A stretch of DNA of 64,000 nucleotides. Source: Felis catus (lineage: Eukaryota). Positions 23,612 to 36,760 of this stretch are shown piece by piece. The DNA lies in the NCBI RefSeq assembly GCF_018350175.1, contig NC_058383.1, positions 24,678,001 to 24,742,000 of the forward strand, read 5' to 3'. The number at the start of each line of letters is the position of its first letter. Within the stretch, counting starts at the first letter, position 1. A model generated the notes under the pieces. That model did not search any database. It was not told the DNA's origin and saw nothing but the letters and a program-made list of their open reading frames with translations. The position numbers and the translations under genes were made by a program.

Positions 23612-25158
23612 ATCTAAGAACATCAGCTGTTATTAGCTATGTGCATACATAGCTAAGCTCACCTGGGTTGGCACGTCCCAAGGGGCCAGGAACTATATCA
23701 TTTTACTTCCTTTTATAGGGAGACATATAGGACAGCGTATAAAACGTTGCGGGCACACAGTAGACACAGGTTATCTGTCACTTGAAAATAAAACCTGCTC
23801 TGGGTATCTGGGAAGTATAGGAGTGGCTCTGTGATGGAAACTTCCAGCCCATTTCCAGAGCTGGCCTAAAACTAAGAGATGGAAAATCTCCCTGAAACTA
23901 TAGAGCATGCAGGAGTCTAGCAATGGGCACTGGGGCTCAGTAGCAAAGGTACTGTTAAACCAAAAAAAAGGGAAACTGATCCAGGAGACATTTTTATCTT
24001 TTGCAGTATACCTTGAGTGCATTGAATTGGGCATAATCACATGAGACTTTGGGAAGGAAACAGCGAGTCTATTTCAGCCAGTCTAGAAAAACCTTGGAGA
24101 GTCAGCTAGCCAAGTACTATGTTGTGTGTGTGCTTCTCAGAGAAAGTGAAAAGCCCAGATACACTGGTAAAGGGCTTACCAGCTGCTTGAGGTTCAGTTG
24201 TTGGTGAACTCCCCTAAGGCCAGCTCTCTAATTCTCCCTGTAGCTCACCCATCTGGAGATTCTACTCTGGTGGGACCACCACTGGACTTAGATCCTAGTC
24301 TGGGCTCCACCACCAGTTATTCTGTATTTTTGAGCAAGTTAACAGGCCCTCTTTGAGTCTGTTTCCTTAACTGACATAAAAGATTTGAGATGAAATCACT
24401 GTTTCGCAAAGTGTGGCTTTGGTTATATTTTTAGTGTATATGCTGCTGAAATGAGCACGCAAAAGTGGTTTTTTTTTGTACTATTGATGGTACATAAGAT
24501 TTTTGGTGGTACACAGATGAGACCTTTTTGTTTACTAGTTCTGTATTTTACTGTGTATTAATGAAAACAAAACTAGCATGCCCAGACCTGTGACTTCATA
24601 GATAGTGTTGCTTAAGATGATATTAAAGTGGATATGATTTTTTTATGCTTTTAAGAAAAATATTGGGTGAACAATAGTTGATGGTAAATGGATATGTAAG
24701 ATCATAAAGGCTGTCTAGGAAAGGCTGAAGTTTGTAATTCTAAGGTTCATTAATTCTCCAGTGCCACACCTTCATGAAGTCCTCTGGGGGACACAGCAGA
24801 ACAGGTTCAAATTTGAGTGGATTTAAAGACTTGCCTCACTCAAGCAAATTGACAAATTTCTATTTCTGCATTCATGGTGAAGATATCCGTAAGTAGGCTG
24901 TATAGAATTTAAAATATTGTAGATGTTAGTAGTGGTGGCTTTTTTTTTAACGAATGAAAAATAAGTAGTAATGCTTTCTCTTTCACTGTAAGCAGTTTTC
25001 CTACAACCTGGATTGATCTTTTTTCCTTTCACGTTTTGGGGTTGGGACTCCCCATAGAAGCAGCTAGGATTCTGACCTATTCTGTTGGGGAGGGAGAAAA
25101 AGCCAACCCTCGTGCTCTCTCTCACTCTTATTTATTTATCGATCTATCTACTTACTAT

Positions 25159-25193
<35 letters not shown>

Positions 25194-27141
25194 TTGCCAG
25201 CCCTCTCTCTTGAATGCATGCTAGTGCATGTATTCTAGGTTCTGGAAGGCTGAGGCTGTGTCCTATCTTAATCTTACTGGTAACTTCTTTAAAGGTATAG
25301 TGTGACATTTGCCCTAAAATGAAGTTAAACACTGAGACAAGATTTATTTAAAATCTTATTTCACTTTTGTTTTATTGGCTCATAACTCAATGGGGGTCTT
25401 GAGAAGTAAACTGAGCAATGGTAAAAAAAAAAAAAAAAGAAACAAAAGTATTGTGGGAGGTGCTTTCTTTTTAAGTAAAACCCTAGAATAAAACTGAAAT
25501 CTTGATTGCATAATAAGAGCCAAGAAAGTTGCTTTCACATGTAGTCTGTTTTCTCGAGATTGTTTTTTTGTTTTGTTTTGAACCTTAATTACCTGTGTTC
25601 CCTTGACATTTTCTGTGTATCTTCACACTGTCATCTTTCATTATCTACTTTGCTTGTTGGCCAGTGTTCTGCAAGTGATAGTGTTCTGTAATTACTTCAG
25701 CATAAAGGCCCATGCATCTGGTATAGTTCCGTGTAATAGTTTAATGTTTCAAATTGTAATTTAAAAGAATTACTATAAAGATGGTTCCGTGTCTATTACC
25801 TTTCGTGCTATGTGTTATCTAGTCAAGATGAGGTCAGAATTGAGCACAGTGGTGACAATGATGTAGCCCAAGATGATTTTCCTCCTTCATTTATTTAATA
25901 CAGAGTTTCTACTTGATTTCATAATGAGAAACTCTTCAGATGTTTCCCAACTGAGGTAAATCTAACGTTCCAAGCCACAAGCCCTCAATACTTGGTAAAT
26001 TTTCGTTTTGTCATTCATACAGTTTTGTCTCCTGAGAGAAGTGGTGACTTGCGGTATTGGGCACACTGGGAAAGGGAAAAAGCCTTTACTCAGGCCTATA
26101 ATTTTACAGGATTAAAAAATCTTTTTTTCTCCAGTAAAATCTGTTTCATGACATAGATGACATTCATCCTTTGTGCAGATTCACAAGACTGCCTTACTCA
26201 TTGTAGATGTCTTTCAGAGTCCATTTTCCTTGGCGCAGAGTTTAGTCATTACTTATATATTATTGCTGGTGAGTCGGGGGAAATCCTAAAAGGGGATGGA
26301 GAGGAGTCGTGACATTTGCCCTTGGTCTGTAGACTAGGATTTGCAAAGCTAGAGTGAGGTTGTTTATTTCTTTCTCTTCTTGGAAAATTGCCATTGGATC
26401 AATGAGTCTTGGTTAAGATATCTTGTGGGCAGCTGAGTCGTTGGGCCTTTAAAGATGAGAGCCCCATGAAATACTATTCTTTCCCAGTCATACAAATAAT
26501 TATCTCCATGGTAGTAGAATCTCCACAGAAGTGTAAGTATTCAAGATCACACATTTAAAAAGATAAAATGTAATTTAGAGTCAGAATGAAAGATGTACAA
26601 ACAGTGGTAGAGTTCCAAACCTTCTCAAGTCATTCTTCCATGTTTCCAGCACTTACTGGAGTAAGACGACTTACTCTGGTGTTCTCATGGAAGACTAACA
26701 TTTTAATTCTTGTTGGAAATTGAACTTTCATGGTAACTTGAAGTAAAAAAAAATAATAATTGCCGGCTTTAACTCTTAACTCTAAACCTCCCTAATCAAA
26801 GAACCAGAATTACTTAGTTTGTCAGGGCATTTGCTTTTTCTAAGTTCCAGCTCAAAACCATTGCTCAGCCTAGCAGAAAGAGATAATAAAATGTTATGCA
26901 ACAGGTAAAAATCTTTCCAGTTGCCTTTTCCCCATTTGGAAGGATACAGTTTTTCCTTCCCTCTGTGTAGTTTGGCCTAAGTTTCCCCTCAGTCTGATTT
27001 GTCGCTTTACCATTTGCATACAATGCTTAAGTTGACTCACTCAACACCAAGTTCTGCAGGTCTCCTGCATTTAATGCTTCTGACTCAGCCCACTGAAGTG
27101 AAAGAGCTTTTGATTACAGTAGCAGCTTAACAGAACAAAAC

Positions 27142-27354
27142 TTTTATTTTTAATTTTTTTAATGTTTATTTATTATTGAGAGACAGAGCATGAACAGGGG
27201 AGGAGCAGAGAGAGAGGGAGACACAGAATTGGAAGCAGGCTCCAGGCTCTGAGGTGTCACCACAGAGCCCGACGCAGGGCTCGAACTCCCAAACCGCAAG
27301 GTCATGACCTGAGCCGAAGTCGACGCTTAACTGACGGAGCCACCCAGGCGCCCC
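27142..27354 (-). mobile_element. Can-SINE
   Basis: Full body; TSD AACAAAACTTTT. Confidence 0.92.
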
Positions 27355-27669
27355 AACAAAACTTTTAAAAACACACTGTTAATAGCACTCTCAGTTTCCA
27401 AACAGATGCAAGATATTCTAAGAAGAACCATCCTATATAGTTTTCAAATTAGACGTATATGAGAAGGGGACCAGCTTTCCCAGACAGAATGTGGATCATT
27501 CATAGGGAACTTCTGAAACTCAAAACTAGCTTTGTAACCTAGAAAAATTTGGCCTTCAGATTAGATGCTTTCACCATTGTATTCAAAATGAAGTGTGTGT
27601 GGTCTGAATTTTTCTTAAAGGACTGACACTAGGATTGGATGCACAACATGTGTTTATAGGTTGCCAGCT

Positions 27670-28145
27670 ATTCATTCCGGTACATTTAAGTGCCTTTTGT
27701 GTATCTTGTTCTTAAGGCCCTTATGATGTGGTAGGAAAAGTGACATAAGAACAAGTAGAAAATGTAAAACCGTTGCCAAAAAATATCAGTGCCATAAATG
27801 AAGATGTGGAGGGGCAGAAAGGCTCTAGGTCAGCTTGAAGGAGTCAGGAGAGGAGTCCTGTGGGAGGTAAAAGTCTCAGCTGAGCTTGACAGACATAGAC
27901 CAGAGAGTGAGATGGCGTTCAGTAGAGGTAACAGGATGTGTAAACCTAAGCATGAGAAGCCGTGGCATTTTGGGGAATGGCAGGTGTTTATGGCTGAGGG
28001 ATGGGGAATATATGAGATGGGGAGAATGACAGTAGTTGAGGCCAGACTCAGAAGGGCTTTCTTTGTATGCCTTATTGAGTTTGGGATTGTGTTTTGTAGG
28101 TGAAGGGGAACTATTAAATAATTTTGAGTAGGGACGCAGCATAGT

Positions 28146-28202
<57 letters not shown>

Positions 28203-28330
28203 GATCATTCCAGTGACAGTGTGAAAGAGGTTGGAGGGAGCAATCCCAGAAGTAGGGAAACTATTTGTGAGGGTGCTCCAATAAAGATGTCAGGGGCCTG
28301 AACTGTAGAATTACTGAGGATGGGTAGATA
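27670..28330 (-). mobile_element. L2 fragment containing (GT)n at 28149-28198
   Basis: AAAGATCATTCCAGTGACAGTGTG, GGGGCCTGAACT L2-like motifs. Confidence 0.6.
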
Positions 28331-28339
28331 GTCAAGAGT

Positions 28340-28672
28340 AAGAATTTACAAAGTCTGCCTTAATCTGATAAAACTTTATTGTTTGGATGTCCCGCATGGG
28401 TCAGTAGGCTGAAGGGTGCCCTGTTCTATACAGTCACTCAGAGGCCTAGGCTAATGAAGATTCCACTCTTGTGTACTATCTTGGTCACCATGGCAGGGGA
28501 AAAGATGGCTGAGATGTCACATGCCAGCTCAGTGTTTAGGGTTAGAAACGATAAGAATCACAACTGCCTACAGCTCATTGGCCAGAAATAGACACATTTC
28601 CCCACCTCACTGAAAAGAACCTGGGAAACTGGGGGAGCAGATGGACAGTTTGGTGAGCTTTTCTGTGCCACA
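28340..28672. mobile_element. MLT1-like (MaLR) LTR relic
   Basis: CAGTCACTCAGAGGCCTAGGCT, CATTGGCCAGAA...CACAT motifs. Confidence 0.5.
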
Positions 28673-29116
28673 GTGTAGGGATTTGGGTAAAGTGGGTTTT
28701 TTCTGAGATTATTTCAGTGTATCAGCAGTACCAACTTCGTAGGGTAGATGTGGGGATTAACTGCTGTCATGACTCTAAAATGCCTAGTATTCTGTCTGGC
28801 ACAATAAGGCTATTGAAGGGGACCTTTAAGTTTGATCTTGAGAGTTTCTCACTGTGGGTCATATCTAGTGAGTATAATCAAAAGTTAAAAACCAAATTAA
28901 AGAAAAGGAATAAATTATAGTGCATCCTAGAAGTGAGGGTAAGGTAAATATTGCTTCATGGAACTTTTGAGTTATATGTGTATTTACATGTGTATTTGGT
29001 CAGGGGGTAGTGTTCATTCTCACTGAAGGCTGCAGTTAAAGTGGAAGGCACTGATCTTGTCCTGTCTCTCATTTCACAGTAACTGAAAGCTTATACATAC
29101 CACACAAAAAACTATT

Positions 29117-29670
29117 CATTTTATTTAAAAAAATTTTTTTTAAGAATTTATTTTGGGGCGCCTGAGTGGCTCAGTTGGTGAAGCGTCTGACTTTGGCTCG
29201 GGTCATGGTCTCATGGTTCGTGGGTTCAAGCCCCACATTGGACTCTGTGCTGCCAGCTCAGAGCCTGGAGTTGTTTCAGATTCTGTGTCTCTCTCTCTCT
29301 CTCTCTGCCCCTCCCCTGCTCACACTCTGTCTGCCTCTCTCTCAAAAATAAATAAACATTAAAAAAAATTTTTTTTAAGATTTTATTTTATTGGAAAGAG
29401 AGGTGAGAGCACACACGGGGGAGGGGGAGGAGAGCGAGAATCCCAAGTAGGCTCCATGCCCAGTGCAGAGCCCGACGCGGGGCTCAGTCTCAGGACTGTG
29501 AGATCATGACCTGAGCCGAAATCAAGAGTCAGACACTTAACTGCCTGAGCCACCCAGGCACCCCTAACGATTTTATTTTTAAGTAATCTCTGTACCCAAC
29601 TTGGGGCTCGAACTTACAACGCTGAGATCAAGAGTTGCATGTTTTACCTACTGAGCCAGCTAGGCACCCC
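29117..29670. mobile_element. Nested Can-SINE trio: + copy 29155-29375, - copy 29376-29563, short - copy 29570-29670
   Basis: Three heads; outer TSD CAAAAAACTATT at ~29105 and ~29670. Confidence 0.88.
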
Positions 29671-30288
29671 AAAAAACTATTTTAGTATGGTTTTTGAAAG
29701 AGTTAGTTTAAATTTCCATATTTTAAAAACTGTGGGTTTGAAAAGCGTTATCCTTAATTATGAAAAATAGTAAAACATGGGTTTGAATTTTAGCTTTGCC
29801 ACTTGCTAGCTGTGTGCCCTTATATAAGTTATTGGTATTTTCTGTGTCTTAGTTTTCTCATCTATAAAACAGTGATAATACCTACCTACTAGGGTATGAT
29901 TGTTGGATTAGTGTAAAATGTTTTGAAAATGTTGGGTGGTACATTGTAAAACTCATGTAAGCATTTGTGGACGTGATTGTGTAAAACTGGCTAGTACCAT
30001 GCATGTAGGTAGATTTGTGCGGTGTGCTTGGTACAAAGTAGGTGCTTATTCTTTAGAAAATGTTTGTTAGGTGCCAGCTAGCTCTTTCCACGTTACCATG
30101 CACACTCCCTGCCTTCTTAGAACTCGTAATCTAAGATGTAATAATAATAATATCCTTTATCTTCTGTGCACGTGTTATTTTTGGCTATCTGCTTTGGTGT
30201 CATGAATGTTTATGTTCAATAGGAGTAAAGGATACATAATGCATTCAAGCTTTGAATGCATAATAGAAATAACAAATTGTCTATTATA

Positions 30289-30412
30289 GGGGCGCCTGGA
30301 TGGCTCAGTCGGTTGAGCGTCTGACTTCTGCTCAGGTCATGATCTCATGGTTCGTGGGTTTGAGCCCTGCATCGGGCTCTGTGCTGACAGCATAGAGCCT
30401 GGAGCCTGCTTC

Positions 30413-30447
<35 letters not shown>

Positions 30448-30517
30448 TCCTCCTACCGCTCATGCTCTGTCTCTCTCTCCTTCAAAAGTGAATAAAAAAA
30501 AAAATTAAAAAAAAAAC
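30289..30517 (+). mobile_element. Can-SINE
   Basis: TSD CAAATTGTCTA(T/C)TATA at 30273-30288 and 30518-30533. Confidence 0.92.
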
Positions 30518-33500
30518 CAAATTGTCTACTATAATAAAATGTCAGCATAGGCAGTTCCTATAAAAATTCAGTCAGGAGAACTTACTGGAGGAGAAACCAA
30601 CAAAATACTTTCCTTTCTGGATTTAAAAAAACTTTTGGCCTGCAAGAAACAAGTATCAAATTTGTTTATAAGATTGTTAGGTTGATTTCTCTTGCAGTGA
30701 GTAGTTGGTGTCAGCCAACTGATGAGCAGTGAGAAACGTGCTGTGCCTTTCTCAGGGCAGTGGTGGATGATGACTTTCATTTTGATAAGCCAGTTGGTGA
30801 TACTGAGGAGTAGTGCCCTGGGTGAATAGGAGTTAATCCTGGCTGCCTGGCAGAAGTGGATTTGTTATATAATTTATGGCACCCAGAAGCCCTTTGGGGA
30901 GGTCTTTATTGTCTTATTATCAAGACAGTATCCATCTAGGCCTGAAGATTAATTCTTGTTGCTCCCATCTAGTTCCACCAGAGTGGTTCTCATAACTGAA
31001 AGGGTAGCAGTTTGCTGTGAAATGCCTGCACTTGGCTTTTGCTTTGACACAAAGGTATGTTAATCAAGAATGGCTATTAGAAATCCAGAAATGTTTCAGT
31101 TAGTGATTTATTAATAGTGTAGAGGACTTTTTTTCTTGTTAAACTGATTTAACTTTTGAAAAATGAGTCATATTCAGGGTTTCAAATATTTCCTCTTTGA
31201 CTAGCCTCACAAAAGGTGTATGAACATTTCTGTCTTGTAAATTGCTGCTGCCGTTCATTTGTGTCTGTTTTGCTATTGCTGAAACAAATACAGGAGTGTC
31301 CGTTTGGTTTTCCATCATCTGACACAAGTGGACCTCTTTAACTCTTATTACCGGTGTCCACTGTTCAACAAACCTGTACTATTTTTTGTGACTCACTGAG
31401 AAGTCATGTGGTGGTGTGATCCCCGTCCTTAGCTACCAGCACTTAAACTTGTAATTTTCAATGTATTGTGTTAAAACAGATTTCTAATTCTGGCTATTTT
31501 TCTTTTCAATTTTAGACCTAAAATTGGAAGCTCTATTTTTATAAAACACTCTCCTAGAAAAGTCACTGGTGTTGCTACCCAAATATCATAACTGGGCCCG
31601 GGGGCGGAGAGAGCAAAAGCTAGCTGTTTCACATGGTTAAGCAGAATGTGTGGGCCTGCCTGCCAGCCAGCGGAGGTGGAATCTGCCCTTTGCTTTCTTG
31701 GCAAATGCATCTAGCTTTGAAGGCCCTTCGTTCTTGGCCTTTCTTTTCTTGCTGTCATCTAAAACATAGTCCGTTGTCCCCTGTGGTTCTAACGAGATGC
31801 AGGACCTTGATGGTCCGTATCTCTTACTATCTTAGTGAAGTATGCTCTTGAACCCTCAGAGTTAAAAGCCACTGTGTCATCAAGCGACTTTTAGTAAATA
31901 CAACAGTGGAATAGCAGTATAAAATGGCTGTGTGTCCTTCGTGTTCAGTATGCAGTATTCAAGAAAACTGCTGGGTTTTGCTCTTGCATCTCCAAACACC
32001 TTAAATGTGTGATGCCTTAGTTTACTGAGGTAGAGAAGATCTAGTTCAGACCAGCACCAGAAGGCTTTTTACTGGAGTTCACTTGATTGGCAAACCCTTG
32101 GAGCTTCCTAGAGTGCCACATGGCAGTAGCTTGAATGAACTCTTTGGACTTTCTCCCCTGCTAAAAGGAGAGGCCGGAGTGATATTGATATCCATCATTA
32201 ATGTGAATTTTTTCCAAGGGACTGGGGTGCAGGTTAAAGAGAGGCTCGACAGGATGAACATGTTCTATTTCAACTTCAACTTTGGCTCTTGTTGGGTTTG
32301 AGGTGAAAATTAGCTTGTGGCATGTGGAGAGTGGTATATGCTGGCTGAGAAGCTGTGTTTTACATTATCTGGGAAATGATGAGGTAGGGAATAAGGGGAC
32401 AGTTCCTATTCTCTCTTCTCTCTGAAGGTAGTGAAGTACTGGGAGGAGAGGAGTCCAGGAGAAGTTAGACCTTAGGAAGCATTCCTGGAGAAGTGAAATT
32501 AAATTCTCCATACTTAGGGCTTAACCCCCTTTTAGTATTTGGTAACATCATAGAATTGGTATAAATGGCTACCAGTTGTTGAGTTCTAACTTGTGCTAGG
32601 GACAGTGCTAAGTATGTTGGACTCCTCATTTATTCAATCATGAGTTAATACACTTAATGTACATAGACTAGTGAGTGCCTTGTATAGAAGTGTTCAGTAG
32701 ATCTCAGCGACTGTTATTCGCTCAACAGATATTTATCAAACTGTTGCTTATGTGACACAACTTAGGTGCACAGGACAAACAGGTGAATAAGATAAAATCC
32801 CTGCTCCTGTGACATTTGCCTTCTAGTAGTGGGAGCAGACAACAGGTAAGTTAACAAAAATTTCAGAGAGTGGAATGTGCTGGGAAGAAATAAAATAGTG
32901 TGTCAGATTGCATGGAGATGGAATTTGAGGTTGGTTGAACAGTAAAGGCATCTCAGCATTAGAACTGAGTCCCACCTGATGCGAAGCAGCCATTTATTCT
33001 TCACGGTGACCCTTTGATTTTCCTAGTTTTTAGGTGAGAAAACTGAGGCACGGGTGATTAAGTATGTGCTGGGCGCAGACAGAGCTGAACTGTACAGACT
33101 CAGTCATCTGTGTGCAGAGCATGTCCTGCCTTTCTCCGAAGGCATGAGACTGTACTGGGGCAGCTGTAGGAGCTACACTATCTGCAAGTGGGTTTTCTGG
33201 ATGGACAGAACCAATGTGGTTGCAGTGTAGATAAAATCCTGATGGATTTTGGAAAAGTTCCATGTATTTTCATAGACCTCAGTCATTGGATGCAAGCTTT
33301 GCGTGTATTTGTATGTATCTACAGATTATTCTGGGTCCAAAGCTGTCCTATCAGATTTTCAAAGATACTGATGACCAAAAGAGCTTATGGTACTGCTGCT
33401 TTATTTTAGGATTTCCTCATAATCGGTTTTATGAAAATAGGGCCTAGCTGTTAGGGCAGAGTTTTGATAGCTTTGCAGTGACCATGTGGTGGTAGCAATT

Positions 33501-33849
33501 TTGGCAGGTCAATATGGGCGGGAAGTGGGCAAGAACTGGGCTGGAATCATCAGATGTGTCTTTTACCAAGTCTCTAATACTGTGATCCCAGCCATCAGGT
33601 ATAGGGGTCTATTTTGATTTAATTATCTGCTTATCTTTACACGTGTTAATGAATACTTTGGCTTCATGCCATGTGAGTACGCATCTGTGAAATAAGTAAC
33701 TGGGGGGAAAAAAAGCCCAAACCTTGGGGCCTCAAGTTTCAACCTGCAGGGAATGGATTTCCAATAAAGACACACAAAAATGAGCATTTACTGTCACAGT
33801 TTTTAAAACCTGAATTCTTTCTTGCTTTCTGTCTTGCTGTCTTTCAAGA

Positions 33850-34340
33850 GGGAGAATGGGTGCACGTGTGAATGAGCGGGGGAGGGGCAGAGAGAGGGAG
33901 AGAGATAATTTTTTTTTAATGTTTATTTACTATTGAGAGAGAGCGGGAGTGGCAGAGGGGCAGAGAGAGAGGGGGACACAGAATCCGAAGCAGGCTCCAG
34001 GCCCTGAGCTGTTAGCACAGAGCCCGACATGGGGCTTGTACTCAAGAATTGTGAGATCATGACCTGAGCTGAAGTCAGATGCCAACTGACTGAGCCACCC
34101 AGGCACCCTGAATCTTTTTTTTTTTTTTTAAGTTTATTTTATCCATTAAGAGAATCCCAAGCAGGCTCCATACTATCAGTGCAGAGCCCCATGTGGGGCT
34201 CAAACTCACTAACTGTGAGATCAAGACCTGAGCTGAAATCAGGAGTTGGATGCTTAACTGAATGAGCCACCCAGGTGCCCCTGGAGAGAGAATCTTCAAC
34301 AGGCTCCAGTCTAGCATGGAGCCCAACAGGGGGTCGATGT
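33850..34340 (-). mobile_element. Nested Can-SINE cluster (full copy 33908-34109 inside a second ending 34282, plus remnant)
   Basis: Two GAGCCACCCAGG ends and interrupted GA tracts. Confidence 0.85.
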
Positions 34341-34941
34341 CAAAAAACCGGAATACTTTCTAAATAGGCTCTTCAGTGCTTGAAACCAAAGAGAAATGGT
34401 TTCAGCAATAGTAACTGAAACCAAGAGGGCAGTCAAATTCTGGTCAGATCTGGTCTTTCAGTTTCATAGGATGTGGTTTAGATGAGATACCTATTTCAGC
34501 TGGAAGATTGATCATGTTGTTACTATACAGAGGAAGACTTCCAGGAGCTCTTGCTTTACAGCTTTTCACGTGGCGTCTGAGTGCTGGGAGGAGGTTCCTC
34601 CTTGGGAACATGAAGATGACAGAAAGTGTACACAACAGAATAAAGCAGCTGTTAAGTGCTCTGTGGCCTGTCTGCTTGAAGGAGGCCAAAGGTGATAAAA
34701 ATTGCAGTTGGAAAGGTTCTTTTGCTCATTAGTAACATCAGCTTTTAAATGGCATCCTAGTGGCCCACCCACTTGTAATAGAATTTTACAGTTTGCTTGA
34801 GTTTGGGATTATTGGTCCTGGTGTTCAGCTAATGGATTCCTTTGATGTATTGGGTTGAAATTGTGGCCTAGTAAATTGGTTCTGGATGATGAATCAGAGA
34901 GCCTAGGTATCAGACCTTCTTTCTTTGGAGTGACATAGCAG

Positions 34942-35450
34942 TGTGTTGGTAGGGACTCTTTCTGTTGTGACAGTAAACCTGATACCCGGTTTATGCAAAA
35001 GAATTTATTGGCTCACATAACTGGAGTTCAGGCTTTGATCTGACTTTAGGTAGTACAGTTGGATTCTGGGTACAGATAATGCCTTGAAAACTCATTTTAT
35101 CCTTGTCTCTTGGCAGTGATTTTATTCTTGAGTCTTATATACATTTAAGTTGAGACCCATTTGATAAGAAGGGACCATTTAATCTTCACAGTGACTCTTT
35201 GATAGGCATTATTATTTTCTCTGGTGGCTCTTTCAAGATGACTACAGCAGCTCCAACTTCCCATACTTGCAGTGCTAAGATTCACTGTCTGCTTAGGTCT
35301 CTTGCATAACCCTAACCCAGTCAGTTGAAGCCAAGGGCATGTGAGGCTCTGGTGGGCCTGAGTCACATAGTCCATTATGAACCCCACCCAACTCTTGGGT
35401 GAACTCTTAGCCCCTGAACTATGTGGCCAAGAGTTCAAGAGAAGGCTCTT
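34942..35450. mobile_element. MLT1-like (MaLR) LTR relic
   Basis: AAAAGAATTTATTGGCTCACATAACTGG, CAAGATGACTACAGCAGCTCC, GGCCTGAGTCACAT. Confidence 0.6.
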
Positions 35451-35884
35451 CTAGTGAAAACTAGGTAATCACCTGATGCAGAGCCTAGGTACTGGGGAAG
35501 CAGACAAGTGGGTGTCAATTTAGATAGAATTAAAAGGTGTCCTTACGAGTAATCTTTTTCTGTCCCCCACTCCGCATCATTTAACAACACTGTCTTGAAA
35601 TCCTTGAAGCCCGAATCCTTGGATTTGTCAGCCTTTTTGATGTGATTTACAGTGAAGCAAGTGATCTTTCTTTACCTGTTTCCATTCTCCTTTGGTGGTT
35701 TGATATTTCCCCTTCAATATAATGTCTTAATGTGCTTTTGGTAAGGATTTTTCAAAAGAGGTTGAATTAGTTGACAAATATCACAAGATAATGTTGGGAG
35801 AAATACACTCCCAGTACATTGCCATTATACAAGTTGATATTCTTTGGAATTCAGATTGGAATTGTATATGTGTGTGTGTGTGTT

Positions 35885-36760
35885 TGCAAATCCTTTGATC
35901 TGTTGGTTCCACTTACAGGAATTTATTCTCAGGAAATAATTATAAATGTGCTGAGTTTTAACTGCCTGTTCTGTTTATTATCACAGTATTATTTATAATA
36001 GTGAAGTATTGGAAGCAAGCTAAATGTCCAACAATGAGACATAAATCAGCCTATTATGGTACCTTCATTCAGGGGAAGACTTATCTGAATATTAAATATG
36101 TTTCAACAGAGAATCTCAATCTTTTTTTAAAAAAATTTTAATGTTTATTTATTTTTGAGAGAGAGAGAGAGAGAGACAGAGCACAAGTGGGGAGGGGCAG
36201 AGAGAGAGGGAAACACAGAAAATGAAGCAGGCTCCAGGCTCTGAATTGTCAGTACAGAGCCTGACATGGGACTCAAACCCATGAACTGTGAGATCATGAC
36301 CTGAGCCGAAGTCGGACGCTTATCTGACTGGGCCACCCAGGTGCCCCTCTCAACCTTTTTTTTGCACACCCTCTGCAGTACAGCACCGAATTTTTGACAG
36401 AATGAATAGTAGGCTATAAATAGTCTCTGGGTTACATAACGTAACTAGTGTGTTAGTGGTGATACCAGTACTACCATTGAATTGCTGCTCTTTAAAAGCG
36501 TTGGATGAGAGCACAAGATTTATATGAAAAAATGTTCAATGGAAACGATTACAAAATAGAATGTACGGTATGACCCCACATTTGTTTGAAAGTCCATGTG
36601 CATAATATGGACATGCATGTATTTTACTTGTGCCATCCATATGTGCTCATATAAAAGACTGAAAAGACATACTCAGATATTAATTGTAAGTAGTGGGATA
36701 CTAGGGGCTTCTTTTTTTTTTTTTTATCTTTATGCTTCTATTTTCTAAACTTTACAGACT
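35885..36760 (+). mobile_element. Old L1M 3' fragment interrupted by a Can-SINE (36121-36347, -)
   Basis: TTCCACTTACAGGAATTTATTCT, TTGGAAGCAAGCTAAATGTCCAACAAT; SINE TSD TCTCAA(T/C)CTTTTTT. Confidence 0.7.

Noticed and set aside
30239..30261. 10-bp-arm hairpin ATGCATTCAA-GCT-TTGAATGCAT
   Set aside because: Too short for a pre-miRNA and plausible by chance in 64 kb.
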